DNA from: an uncultured Spirochaetota bacterium
GTDB lineage: Bacteria; Spirochaetota; Spirochaetia; SZUA-6; Fen-1364
Reading direction: 5' to 3'
NCBI GenBank assembly: GCA_963820525.1
Contig: CAWGAA010000001.1
Coordinates: forward strand, 2,528,001 to 2,592,000
Length of the DNA: 64,000 bases
In this document: in pieces, positions 19,756 to 30,385 of the stretch
Numbering within the stretch: the stretch's first letter is position 1
Layout: every line of letters starts with the position of its first letter
Translations under genes and position numbers: made by a program
The notes under the pieces: generated by a model
Told to the model about the DNA's origin: nothing
The model's database searches: none
The model's input: only the letters and a program-made list of their open reading frames with translations

Positions 19756-21828
19756 ATGTACACCCTCACGCCGCGCGAGCGGGTCTTCACGCTCACGGGC
19801 ATCCTTGTCGGCCTCTTCCTCGGCGCCCTCGATCAAACCATCGTGGGCACGGCAATGCCGAGAATCCTGCAGGACTTGAACGGCCTGAATCTCTACAGCT
19901 GGGTTGTCACCGCGTATCTTCTGTTTTCCACTTCCATGATTCCCATCTACGGGAAGCTCTCCGACCTGTACGGCAGGAAGCTCATCATCCTCATCGGGAT
20001 CCTCATATTCCTGACAGGCTCCGCGCTCTCCGGCCAGTCCCGCTCCATGGTGGAGCTGATCGCGTTTCGGGCCGTGCAGGGCCTGGGAAGCGCCGCCATC
20101 TTCTCCACCGCGTTCACGGTCATCGGGGACATCTTCACGCCGGCGGAGCGCGGAAAATACCAGGGCCTGTTCGGAGCGGTTTTCGGGATCTCAAGCGTTA
20201 TCGGCCCCTGGCTGGGAGGCCTCCTCACCGACAACCTTTCCTGGAGGTGGGTGTTCTACGTCAACCTTCCCATCGGCCTGATCGCGGCCGTCTTCATTAT
20301 GCTGCAGATGCCAGCCCTCAGGAGCGAGGTGAAGAGAGTCGTCAGGATCGACTGGTGGGGCTCCATCACCCTGATCCTGGGAATCGTGCCCCTGCTCCTC
20401 GCCCTCACCCTCGGAGGCAACAACTATCCCTGGGACTCGGCGCAGATCCTCGGGCTGTTCGCTCTCGGCGCGGCGGGAAACGCCCTGTTCATCTGGATCG
20501 AAACCCGCGCGGCCGAGCCCATTGTCCCCTTTGACCTGTTCTCAAACCGCACCTACGTGATCGGCAACATCGCGGCGCTCCTGGTGGCCGGAGTCGCTTT
20601 CTTCGGCGCCGTGGTTTTCCTTCCCATCTTCATGGTTCTCGTGGTGGGAGTGTCGGCGAGCCAGGCCGGCCTCACGGTAACCCCGCTCACCCTCGGCGTC
20701 GTTGTCGGCAGCTTCCTGGCCGGCCAGATCGTGAGCAGGCTCAAGCGATACAAGGTGGTTGTCCTCATTGGCGTGGGGCTGGTCTTCGTCGGCTACCTGC
20801 TCATGCAGGGCATCTCTTCCGCAACCACGCAGGCCCAGATGACCTGGCGGATGATCATCCTCGGGCTTGGAATCGGCCCCTCGCTTCCCGTTTTCACCCT
20901 TGCCATCCAGAACGCGGTGCACTCGCATGAGCTGGGCGCGGCGACGAGCTCCAGCCAGTTCTTCCGCCAGATCGGATCCACCATGGGAGTGGCCGTCTTC
21001 GGCACGATCCTCACGACGGTCCTGACAGCGCAGCTTCCCAAATACCTGCCGGCGGAAATGCGCCAGATGAGCGCGGTGGCGGGCCAATTCAATGCGGCCC
21101 AGCTCCAGTCAGGGAACATTATTGGAGTGGGAGATCAGATCAAGGCGGGAATGCAGGGGACGTACCAGACGATCCAGCGCGCTCTTGCCGACAACGATCC
21201 CGCCGCCGTGAAGAGCCTCCTCGACAACCCCCAGGTGCCCGCCGGCCTCAAAGACTCGCTTCGGCGGGGCGGTATCCCCGCCGAGGTGAGGGCAGGCCTC
21301 GATGCCCGGTATGCCGCCGTGGCGGCGTCTTTTCAGAGCGGCAGGCCGGACGCTGTTGCCGCCCTCATCTCGGACCCTCGGCTTCCCGCGGGATTCAAGG
21401 ATCAGCTTCGAAGGATTGCGCCGGCCGCCCTCTCTGACCCGCGAACCGGCCGGGCTGACCTCCAGGAAATCAGGGCCGCCCTCTACGCGCAGGAGCCGCT
21501 CATCGTCCGGCAGGCGACGCAGGATGCCCTCAAGCAGGTGAAGACCGCAATGGATACCCAGGCGGAAACCCTTACGGCAGAGATAACCTCAGCACTGAAA
21601 CACGCCTTCACCGATGCGATCAAGACCGTCTACTTCTGGGGTCTCTTCGTGGTCGCCCTGGGTTTCCTGGTAACGCTTTTCCTGCCCGAGCTGGCTCTTC
21701 GCGCTGCACCGAGCGCCCGGATCGCTGCGAGGGAGGCGGTCCCCGCGAATGATCCCCGGGACGGGCATGGGGCTGGGGAGAAGCCGCTCGAAGTTGCCCA
21801 GCCCGCGCCTGCGGACAAGGTACATTAA
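19756..21828 (+). CDS. DHA2 (EmrB/QacA-type, 14-TM) MFS efflux transporter with a large extramembrane insertion
   Basis: LDQTIVGTAMP, GKLSDLYGRK, WRWVFYVNLPIG motifs; TAAGGAG SD. Confidence 0.93.
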   Translation: MYTLTPRERVFTLTGILVGLFLGALDQTIVGTAMPRILQDLNGLNLYSWVVTAYLLFSTSMIPIYGKLSDLYGRKLIILIGILIFLTGSALSGQSRSMVELIAFRAVQGLGSAAIFSTAFTVIGDIFTPAERGKYQGLFGAVFGISSVIGPWLGGLLTDNLSWRWVFYVNLPIGLIAAVFIMLQMPALRSEVKRVVRIDWWGSITLILGIVPLLLALTLGGNNYPWDSAQILGLFALGAAGNALFIWIETRAAEPIVPFDLFSNRTYVIGNIAALLVAGVAFFGAVVFLPIFMVLVVGVSASQAGLTVTPLTLGVVVGSFLAGQIVSRLKRYKVVVLIGVGLVFVGYLLMQGISSATTQAQMTWRMIILGLGIGPSLPVFTLAIQNAVHSHELGAATSSSQFFRQIGSTMGVAVFGTILTTVLTAQLPKYLPAEMRQMSAVAGQFNAAQLQSGNIIGVGDQIKAGMQGTYQTIQRALADNDPAAVKSLLDNPQVPAGLKDSLRRGGIPAEVRAGLDARYAAVAASFQSGRPDAVAALISDPRLPAGFKDQLRRIAPAALSDPRTGRADLQEIRAALYAQEPLIVRQATQDALKQVKTAMDTQAETLTAEITSALKHAFTDAIKTVYFWGLFVVALGFLVTLFLPELALRAAPSARIAAREAVPANDPRDGHGAGEKPLEVAQPAPADKVH

Positions 21829-21858
21829 GCCGGGGGACGGACTATTCCCCCCGGCTTG
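21829..21858 (+). terminator. Possible hairpin terminator
   Basis: GCCGGGGG...CCCCCGGC stem directly after the stop, with only a short T tail. Confidence 0.4.
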
Positions 21859-21904
21859 TGGGCCGATGGACGGGGTGCTACACTCATGCGCGCGGAACAT
21901 CGTC

Positions 21905-22180
21905 ATGAGCGAAATGAGCTTCTATTCCACCGTTTTCGAGCTTGTCGAGTTCCTCATCAAAACCACGCTCACCACGACGAGCAAGAAGCTCATCATCACC
22001 TACATTGACGATGCGCCCGATGAAAGCCTCGCTGAACGGGCGCGCTCCGCGATCCGCCGCTACATGCAGAAGGAGCTGCCCAGCCTCGACGAGGTCCGCG
22101 AGAAATCAAAGAGCGAGGAGCTCTCCCGGATGGACCACCTCGTCTTGAAGATGGAATACGAGGCGACGCGGGTGAAATGA
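21905..22180 (+). CDS. Small hypothetical protein (91 aa)
   Basis: Helical composition; TTGTGG-17-TACACT promoter (extended -10) upstream; ATGA coupling to the PAP2 gene. Confidence 0.65.
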   Translation: MSEMSFYSTVFELVEFLIKTTLTTTSKKLIITYIDDAPDESLAERARSAIRRYMQKELPSLDEVREKSKSEELSRMDHLVLKMEYEATRVK

Positions 22181-22992
22181 GGCGCGGGGAAGGCGTGGCA
22201 ACAAAACGCGGGACACTCGGGGCGCTCGTTCTGTTCATCCTCGTCGCGGCGGTCGGGCGCGGGAACGCCGACGGCTACGCCATCGATCCCCTGTGGGACG
22301 GTCTTGCTTTGGGAGGAGGCCTCGCGTTCGCCGCGGCAAGCGAGTACCTCGTTCAAACCGCCCCGGCCCCATCCCTCGCCCCCGCGGACATCTCCCAGGT
22401 GAACGGCTTCGATCGACCGGCCCTCTTTCCCTTTTCAACCGGCCTGGACCAGGCCAGCACGATACTGCAGTACGCAACGGCGGCCGTTCCGGCTCTGTTC
22501 GTCTTCGTTCTTCCCTGGGATCAAATCGTAAGCGTCGGTGTCATCTACGGGGAGGCTCTCTCCTGGGCATACTTCGCCAAGAACATGCTGAAGTTCTTCC
22601 TGCCCCGCTATCGCCCCTTCCTCTACTCCGATGGCGGCACGGCGCCGGGGGTTGCCTCCAATGAATACTACGACTCGTTCCCCTCGGGGCATGCCACCAT
22701 TGCCTTCACCGCCGCGACGTTCAGCGTCGCGGTCTTCGCAGCCTTCTACCCTGACTCTCCCTACTTTCTCCCCTTCGCCCTCATGAACTACGGCCTTGCC
22801 GCTCTTACGGCCTCGTTTCGGGTGCTCTCCGGCATGCACTTCATGAGCGACGTCGCATCAGGGGCTCTCCTCGGCGTGGCCTGCGGATATTTCGTGCCCT
22901 TCTTCCACCGCGTGAAATCCGACACAGAAGCCGCGGGGGCTGTTTCCCTGGTTCCCGGCGCCCAGGGCCTTGCGCTGCGGATCAGGATGTAG
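22177..22992 (+). CDS. PAP2 family phosphatase
   Basis: K...RP, SFPSGH, R...H..SDV motifs. Confidence 0.9.
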   Translation: MRRGEGVATKRGTLGALVLFILVAAVGRGNADGYAIDPLWDGLALGGGLAFAAASEYLVQTAPAPSLAPADISQVNGFDRPALFPFSTGLDQASTILQYATAAVPALFVFVLPWDQIVSVGVIYGEALSWAYFAKNMLKFFLPRYRPFLYSDGGTAPGVASNEYYDSFPSGHATIAFTAATFSVAVFAAFYPDSPYFLPFALMNYGLAALTASFRVLSGMHFMSDVASGALLGVACGYFVPFFHRVKSDTEAAGAVSLVPGAQGLALRIRM

Positions 22993-23012
22993 GGCGTGAG
23001 GCATCGTTTCCC

Positions 23013-23519
23013 GTGCCGCGCGACGATTTTCCGATAACCCCCTGCGTACGCGTCCTCCGAAGCGCCGGGATCGCTTTCACGCCCTTCACATACCGCTACC
23101 AGGAGCACGGCGGGACCGGCCTCGCCGCCCGCGAGCTGGGCGTGGAAGAGCACGCGGTGGTGAAAACGCTCGTGCTCCAGACCGACGCCGGGCGGCCCCT
23201 TCTCCTGCTCATGCACGGAGACCATGAGGCGTCCCTGAAGGCCTTCGCGCGAGCCATCGGCGTGAAGCAGGTGGAGATGTGCGACGAAAAGGCGGCGCAG
23301 AGGCACACGGGATATCTTTTCGGAGGGACGAGCCCTTTCGGCACACGCCTGCCGCTTCCCGTTTTCGCCCAGAGATCGATCTTCGATCTGCCGAAGATCC
23401 TCATCAACGGAGGCAAGCGGGGATTCCTCATTGAAATGGATCCGAAGGAGATGAGGAAAGCGCTTTCCGTGATCGAGGTGGATGCCGCGCAGCCCGCGGG
23501 CAGGACCGCGGCGGAGTGA
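23013..23519 (+). CDS. ybaK: YbaK/EbsC family aminoacyl-tRNA deacylase
   Basis: VVKTLV, GYLFGGTSPFG, INGGKRG motifs. Confidence 0.88.
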   Translation: MPRDDFPITPCVRVLRSAGIAFTPFTYRYQEHGGTGLAARELGVEEHAVVKTLVLQTDAGRPLLLLMHGDHEASLKAFARAIGVKQVEMCDEKAAQRHTGYLFGGTSPFGTRLPLPVFAQRSIFDLPKILINGGKRGFLIEMDPKEMRKALSVIEVDAAQPAGRTAAE

Positions 23520-23522
23520 ATC

Positions 23523-26154
23523 TCAGCGGTCGTCGAGAATATCGCGGACCTTGGCGGCGAGCATCTTCGGCAGGAACGGCTTCTGGAGGAACGAAATCCC
23601 TTCGGAGACCACTCCGTGCTGGACGATCGCGTCTTCCGTGTACCCCGAGATGAACAGGACCTTCACGCCGGGATGGCTCTTCAGGATCGCCTCCGCCATC
23701 GCTCTTCCGTTCATTCCCGGAAGAACCACGTCGGTCACCACCAGATCGATGTGATCCGCCATCTCGGCATAGCGCACGGCTGAGCTTGGATTGGCCTCCG
23801 AATGCACGCAGTACCCCGACTGGCCGAGGACCATCTCGATCATCCTGCGCACCGACTCCTCGTCCTCCACCACAAGCACGGTCTCGCTCCCCGTGAGGTT
23901 GTCCGGCTGGGCGGGCTCGGATTCAAGCTCCGGGCGCGGGTCACCGGCGGCGGCGGGAAGGTAGATCGTGAAGGTGCTGCCCCGGCCCGGCTCGCTGGAT
24001 ACGCCGATATGGCCCCCGCTCTGCTTGACGATGCCGTAGGCGGTGGACAGTCCCAATCCCGTGCCTTTTCCGATACCCTTTGTCGTGAAGAAAGGATCGA
24101 AAATCCTGGTTCGGGTCTCCGCGTCCATCCCTATCCCCGTGTCACTCACGGAAAGGACAACATAGAGCCCGGGGGCGAAGCTCGGGGTACTGCTGGAAGG
24201 AGTCCGCCTTGAGGGTGACATTGCACGTCTCGAAAACAATCTTCCCCCCCTGCGGCATCGCATCGCGGGCGTTCACCGCGAGGTTCATGATGACCTGCTC
24301 GATCTGGTTCGGGTCAGCCTTGACCGCCAGGAGGTCCGGCGCCGGCCTTGTTGAAAGCTCGATGTCTTCCCCGATGAGCCGCTTGAGCATGTTCTGCATG
24401 CCTGAAACCAGGGAGTTCAGGTCAACCGTCTTGGGCTGCAGCATCTGCTTTCTGCTGTAGGCGAGGAGCTGCTGCGTGAGAGAGGCTGCCCGCGTGGCGG
24501 CCTTCCGTATCTCCAGCACGTATTCGCGCGAGGCGGACTGAAGGGGGCTTTCCTCCAGGAGAACGTCGGAGTACCCGAGCACTGCGGTGAGCAGGTTGTT
24601 GAAGTCGTGGGCGATCCCTCCCGCCAGTCGGCCCACCGCCTCCATTTTCTGCGCCTGGCTCAGCTTCTCCTCGAGCTGGTGCCGCTCCGTGACGTCCCGA
24701 GCGTCAATGACGATCCCAGCGATCGCGGGATGGCTCAGGAGATTCCTGCCGGTCGCCTCCAGCACGCGCCAGCCTCCCCCCTTGTGCGCGAGGCGAAACA
24801 CAAGGGGCCGGGGTGAAGATTCGCTTGAGGGAAGGCCATGGGCAACTTGTGCGGAAATCCACTCTCTGTCTCCGGGATGAAGGAGGCGGAAAGGATCGGT
24901 CCCGACGAGCTCCTCGGGGCTGTACCCCAGCACCCTCTCCACGGCGGGACTGACAAATACCACCCTGAAGCGCTCGTCGAGAACAGCGATGATGTCCGAA
25001 GAGCTTTCGATGAGCGAGCGAAAGTGCTCCTCCTTGCGCTTCAGCTCGTCATAGAGCTCCCTCACCTTCACCGCCATGAGGTTGAAGGCTTTGGCAAGCT
25101 CCCCGATCTCATCGCTGGTCAGGACCGGCGCCTGTGCGCTCAGCTCTCCTTGGGAGACGCGCAGGGCCGCCTGCTGCACGGCGAGAATGGGCGCGGCAAT
25201 CCGTCTGGCGAGCAGGTAGATGCTCGCCGCCGCGGCAAGGACCATCCCCAGGCCCAGAATGACGAGGATGATGGTCTGGGTTTGCGCCGGGGCGAATACC
25301 TCCTCCTGGTGGATCTCCACCAGGAGGGCGAGGTCTCTCTCTGAGACCCACCGGTACACCCCGATGACGGGCATCCCGGCATAATCGCGGTACATCCCGG
25401 AGCCGTTTTTCCCGGTCACCGCCGCGTCGATGCCCACGGAGTGCACTCCGCGGGGGTAGCTTTCGCTTCCGAACCTCTCGCTTGAAACGAAGACGTTATA
25501 GTGGTCGACGAGATATGCCTGACCCGTCTTACCAAGGCCCGTTCGGTCCCTGATGATGGTGTCCATCGTTTCCAGGTCGAGGTTCGCGGCAAGGACCGCC
25601 ACGGTCCGTCCGTCCCTTTCCCTGATCGGCGTTGAGATCGTCAACGTCGGCTGCAGCGTGATGGGAGAGGGGTACACGTTTTCGATGTACGTCCCCTTCT
25701 TCCCCTCGATAAAGAAGGCGTCCAGGACGCGGTACTGTCCCTCGAGCGAGCTCCTCGTTGAGAACAGGATACGCCCGCCCTCGGCGGACAGGATCGATAT
25801 CTCCATCAGCTGGGGCAAATTGGCGGCCTGGGCGATGAAGAAATCATGCAGCCCTATGTATGCCGCATCGTACCGGGACCGCAAGGCATCGACCGAGGAA
25901 AGCTCCTTTGCGGCCCCCACGACCTCGGAAAGCTGCGCGAGGATAACGGTGTCTCGTTCCCGTTCCGCGACCCAGCTGTTGAGCATATTCGCCTTGATCG
26001 TCGCCAATCCCGTCATCTGCTCCATCGCCCTCTTCTCGGTGCCCGTTATGAAGAAGAAGTAGCTGAAGGCGGTGAGAAGAAACACGATCAGGGAGGAGAG
26101 GAGGAAGAAGTACACCACGATGCGGGCGAGAAGGCTCTTGGAAGGAAGCGCCAT
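23523..26154 (-). pseudogene. Hybrid sensor kinase (dCache-HAMP-PAS-HisKA-HATPase-REC), frameshifted at a G5 run near 24171-24175
   Basis: H-box AHDFNNLL and N-box NLAVNARDAM in ORF 24142..26226; G1/F/G2 boxes and REC (TDVVLP, FLQKP) in ORF 23523..24263; removing one base gives ELRPGLYVVLSVSDTG. Confidence 0.85.
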
Positions 26155-26198
26155 GGCGATGACCTTTTTCCAGCGGCTCTCACGTTCGCCGCGTATCA

Positions 26199-27368
26199 TC
26201 AGGGGTCGATCCGTGCGAAAAAACAATTCTCGCCGTTCTGGACGCGGACTATCACGACGCTCTTTTTTGGGTCCGGAGAGCCGTTGAACCGCGAGACCCC
26301 CGTGACCCCCTCGAACTGCACCGTCTTGCGCAGGCCGTCCCCAAGGGCATGCGCTTCGATGCTCTTTTCGCTCTGGGCGGTCTCGAAGAGGAGCCGCAAA
26401 GAATCATAGGTCAAGGCGCCGGCCTGCGCAGGAGGCCTGTGGAAGAGAGCCTGGTAGGCGGAGGAGAACGCGCGGACACGATCCGAGGGGATCTCGGCGG
26501 AGAAATGGGTGGAGTAGTACGATCCCTCGTTTCTCGCGATGTCCCCGGCCTGGCGGAAGCTCATCGTGTCGGTCCCGATGATGGGGGTGGCGAGCTTCAT
26601 CTGGTGGATCTGATCCAGCTGGACGCGAAGGTCCCCCACGTAGTTGGGCAGGAAGAGCACGTCGGGGCGGCGCGCCCTGATCCGCTCGAGCTGGGGGCGG
26701 AAGTCCTCGACCCCGGTGACATAGGTCTCCGAGGCCACGATCTGCCCGCCAAGCTCCTTGAATTTGCGGCTGAAGATTCCCGCCACGGTTCGGTTGTACT
26801 CGCCGGCGAGATCGTAGAGGACCGCGGCCGTTGCCGCGCGCAGGTTATTGCGCGCGAAAACGGCCATCACCTCGCTCTGCAGCTCGTCGGTGAAGCACAT
26901 CCTGAAAACACAGCGGGTTCCCCTGGTCACCTCGGGGTTGGTCGCGATCTGCGTGATCATCGGCACCATGGCCTTGTCCGCGAGCTTTGCCACGGGTATC
27001 GCGGAGCGGCTTACCGGAGGCCCGATGATCGCGGCGACATTCTCCTGGTTGATGAGCTCCTGGGCCGCGGTCACCGCCTTCTCGGGGATCCCCTGATCGT
27101 CCCTGACGACGAGAACCACCTTGAACCGTTTGCCCGCCACGAGGAGCCCCCCCTCGTCGTTTACCCCTTGGATGGCGAGTGTTGCGCCCTCCAGGGACGA
27201 TGCGCCGTAGTCTTTCAGCTCTCCCGTGAAGGGAGCGATGAGCCCGATGCGGAACTCAAGGGCCCCGGCGAGAGTCCCTGCCAGGAGGAAGACAAGGACG
27301 CACAGCCAGAGCGTCCCCCTTCGTCGTCCCCGCTGCGCCCCGCGCGCCGAACCTTTCTCGGCTTTCAT
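26199..27368 (-). CDS. LivJ/LivK-type (periplasmic binding protein type 1) solute-binding protein
   Basis: RIGLIAPFTG, AIIGPPVS, FRMCFTD, ALTYD; signal peptide; GAGGG SD. Confidence 0.9.
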   Translation of the reverse strand: MKAEKGSARGAQRGRRRGTLWLCVLVFLLAGTLAGALEFRIGLIAPFTGELKDYGASSLEGATLAIQGVNDEGGLLVAGKRFKVVLVVRDDQGIPEKAVTAAQELINQENVAAIIGPPVSRSAIPVAKLADKAMVPMITQIATNPEVTRGTRCVFRMCFTDELQSEVMAVFARNNLRAATAAVLYDLAGEYNRTVAGIFSRKFKELGGQIVASETYVTGVEDFRPQLERIRARRPDVLFLPNYVGDLRVQLDQIHQMKLATPIIGTDTMSFRQAGDIARNEGSYYSTHFSAEIPSDRVRAFSSAYQALFHRPPAQAGALTYDSLRLLFETAQSEKSIEAHALGDGLRKTVQFEGVTGVSRFNGSPDPKKSVVIVRVQNGENCFFARIDP

Positions 27369-27381
27369 CCCAGGATGTCCC

Positions 27382-28530
27382 TCATGGCTCGACCACAGCA
27401 TATACCGACTCGACGCCATTGCGGAACCGCACGATCACGCCGCTTTTTATCGGGTCTCCCGTGCCGCTGTACAAGATACTCCCGGTCACGCCGGGATAGT
27501 CGCGTAGGCCGAGGAGCCCCTGTCGGATCGCCTCAGGGCTTGTTGAGCCCGCGCTCTCCGCGGCGGCAAAGAGAAGCTGAAGTGCGTCATACGTCGTGGC
27601 CGCCACGTCCTGAGGCAGACGCTGGAAGGCGGCGAGATATGCCTCCGTGAAGCTCTTTGCTTTGGCCGTTTGCAGGTCAGGATGCCAGTGCCTCGTGGCA
27701 AAGGCCCCTTCGAACGCCTTCTCTGCCGCGAACCCCTTTGTATCCCATCCGTCGCCGCCCAGGAGCACCGCCGTGATACCCAAAGAGCGCGCCGTTCTGG
27801 CCTGAAGCAGCGCATCGGCGGCATAGTTGGGAAGAAAGAGCACGTCGGGTTTCACGGCCGCGATTCGGGTGAGCTGGCGGGTGAAATCCGTGTTTCGATC
27901 CGTCGTGTAAGTCTCCTGTGCCACGACGCGGCCGCCCTTTTCGCGGAAGACCTTCATGAATACTTCCGACAGGGTCCGGTTGTAGTCCTGGGCCTCGTCG
28001 TAGAGGACCGCCGCGGTACGGGCCAATAGCTTCTCGCGCGCGAAATGGGCGATCACGGACCCCTGGAATGTGTCGAGATACGGGACGCGAAACACGAAGC
28101 GCTTGTCCAGAGTTGTCTGAGGGTTGGTCGACATGGGAGCCACCATGACGACACGCGCCCTTTCCGCCAGGAGGGCCACGGGGATTGCATGACTGCTGAA
28201 TTGAGGCCCAACGATTGCGGCCACCCTGTCCTTGTAGATGAGCTTGCGGGCCGCGTTGAGCGCGGCCTGCGGCCCCTCGCCGTCGTCCTCCACGACGAGC
28301 TCGACCTTCTTTCTGGATCCGGCGACAAGAAGCCCACCGCGGCCGTTCGCCTCACCAGCGGCCAGGCCGGCGGCGTCCGTCATGTCCATGCCGTTTGAGG
28401 CATTCTGCCCGCTTCTCATTGCGATGACGCCTATCCTGAAGGTTTCAGCCTGGTAATGGCATCCCTGGGCAAAGAGAAAAACGAGAAAGAAGATGGCGAG
28501 ACGGCTGAGTACGGCTATTGCGCGCGGCGT
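27382..28530 (-). CDS. LivJ/LivK-type solute-binding (lipo)protein with apparent ACG start codon
   Basis: IVGPQFSS, FRVPYLD, ATTYDA; frame open upstream of ATG 28419 through a signal peptide (FLVFLFAQG-C) to ACG 7 nt after GGGAGGA. Confidence 0.85.
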   Translation of the reverse strand, partial: TPRAIAVLSRLAIFFLVFLFAQGCHYQAETFRIGVIAMRSGQNASNGMDMTDAAGLAAGEANGRGGLLVAGSRKKVELVVEDDGEGPQAALNAARKLIYKDRVAAIVGPQFSSHAIPVALLAERARVVMVAPMSTNPQTTLDKRFVFRVPYLDTFQGSVIAHFAREKLLARTAAVLYDEAQDYNRTLSEVFMKVFREKGGRVVAQETYTTDRNTDFTRQLTRIAAVKPDVLFLPNYAADALLQARTARSLGITAVLLGGDGWDTKGFAAEKAFEGAFATRHWHPDLQTAKAKSFTEAYLAAFQRLPQDVAATTYDALQLLFAAAESAGSTSPEAIRQGLLGLRDYPGVTGSILYSGTGDPIKSGVIVRFRNGVESVYAVVEP

Positions 28531-28534
28531 GGGT

Positions 28535-30289
28535 CTATCCTCCCTGCGGCTTTGCAGCGGCGCGCTTCTCGATCCTGGCCCAGGTGTCCTTCAGAGAGAC
28601 CGTCCGGTTGAACGCCAGCTTGCCGGCGGTCGAATCGGGATCCACGCAGAAGTAGCCAAGACGCTCGAACTGGAACCGGTCTCCCGGACGGGCGGCCTTC
28701 AGGCTCGGTTCCCCCTTGCATTCGGTCTCCACCACCAGGGAGCCGGGATTGACGGTGTCGATCCAGTCGGCGCCGGGAGGGACCTCTTGAGGATACTCGG
28801 CTGAAAACAGATGGTCGTATAGCCGGGCCCCAAAGTTGATCGCCTTTACGGCGGATACCCAGTGGATAGTTGCCTTCACGGCGCGGTTGTCCGCTGCATT
28901 TCCACCGCGGGTGGAAGCATCGTAGGTGCAGCGCACTTCGAGGATTTCCCCGGTTTTCGGATCCTTTTCCAGGCCGGTGCACGTGACGATGTAGGCATAG
29001 CGCAGCCGCACCTGCCGGCCCGGCGAGAGCCGGTAATACTTGGGGGGCGGCACCTCGCGAAAATCATCCTGCTCGATGTACAGCACCTTCCCGAAGGGCA
29101 CCTTCCTCGTTCCGGAGGCAGGATCTTCGGGATTGTTGACCGCATCCAGCTCCTCGCTTGAGTTTTCGGGATAGTTCTCGATTACGAGCTTCAGCGGCTT
29201 GATCACTGCCATGACCCTGCGGGACCTCCGGTTCAAGTCCTCGCGGAGGCAATGCTCCAACAGCGCAATGTCCACCGTGCTGTCGGCCTTGGCCACGCCG
29301 ATGCGGGAGGCGAAGTCCCTGATGGCCTCGGGGGTATAGCCGCGACGGCGAAGGCCCGCCAGGGTGGGCATCCTCGGATCGTCCCAACCCCGCACCTTCT
29401 TCTGCTGAACGAGCCCCAAAAGCCACCTCTTTGAAAGCACGGTGTGGGTGAGGTACAGCCGGGCGAACTCGATCTGCCTGCTCCTGAAGATCCCCAACTG
29501 CTCCAGGAACCAGTCGTAGAGGGGCCTGTGCACCTCGTATTCCAGGGAGCACAGCGAGTGGGTGATTCCCTCGATGGAATCCGAGACGGGGTGAGCGTAG
29601 TCGTACATGGGATAGATGCACCACTCATCTCCCGTCCTGTGGTGCGTCGCATGGCGGATCCTGTACATCACGGGGTCCCTCATGTGGAGGTTGGGGTGCG
29701 CCATGTCGATCTTTGCGCGCAGGGTATGCGAGCCGTCGGGAAACTCGCCCGCGCGCATTCTTCGAAACAGGTCGAGATTCTCCTCCACCGAGCGGTTCCT
29801 GGAGGGGCTGTCGCGCCCCGGAGGGGTCACGGTTACGGGGCCCTTGTCCGTCACGTCGGTTCCGCGATACTCGCGGATCTCCTGATCGTTCAAATCGTCG
29901 ACGTAGGCCTTGCCCTTCCTGATCAGCTCTTCCGCGTATCCGAAGAGCCGCTCGAAGTAGTCCGACGCGTAAAAGAGACGGTCTTCCCAATCGAATCCGA
30001 GCCAGCGGACATCATTGAGAATGGAATCGACGTACTCGACCTCTTCCCTGGTCGGGTTGGTGTCGTCGAACCTGAGGTTGCACTTCCCGTGGAACTGCTC
30101 TGCGATGCTGAAATCGATGCAGATCGCCTTGGCATGACCGATGTGGAGGTAGCCATTGGGCTCGGGAGGGAAGCGGGTATGCACGCGATCGAATCTTCCC
30201 GTTCGCAGGTCCTCCTCGACGGCCTCCCGGATGAAATCGGAAGCCGCGGCCGTGCGCGGGCTCTCTCCCGAGGCGATTGGATCTGTCAT
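28535..30289 (-). CDS. glnS: Glutamine--tRNA ligase
   Basis: [52 protein letters not shown] before ATG 30289. Confidence 0.97.
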   Translation of the reverse strand: MTDPIASGESPRTAAASDFIREAVEEDLRTGRFDRVHTRFPPEPNGYLHIGHAKAICIDFSIAEQFHGKCNLRFDDTNPTREEVEYVDSILNDVRWLGFDWEDRLFYASDYFERLFGYAEELIRKGKAYVDDLNDQEIREYRGTDVTDKGPVTVTPPGRDSPSRNRSVEENLDLFRRMRAGEFPDGSHTLRAKIDMAHPNLHMRDPVMYRIRHATHHRTGDEWCIYPMYDYAHPVSDSIEGITHSLCSLEYEVHRPLYDWFLEQLGIFRSRQIEFARLYLTHTVLSKRWLLGLVQQKKVRGWDDPRMPTLAGLRRRGYTPEAIRDFASRIGVAKADSTVDIALLEHCLREDLNRRSRRVMAVIKPLKLVIENYPENSSEELDAVNNPEDPASGTRKVPFGKVLYIEQDDFREVPPPKYYRLSPGRQVRLRYAYIVTCTGLEKDPKTGEILEVRCTYDASTRGGNAADNRAVKATIHWVSAVKAINFGARLYDHLFSAEYPQEVPPGADWIDTVNPGSLVVETECKGEPSLKAARPGDRFQFERLGYFCVDPDSTAGKLAFNRTVSLKDTWARIEKRAAAKPQGG

Positions 30290-30385
30290 AGATGGTTCCT
30301 CCTGCCGAGCTTCAGGGGCTCGGTGAATACACTCATAGCCTTGCACCGGTCGAGATGTCAAGCATGAGCCTGCGGGAGAAAAGCC

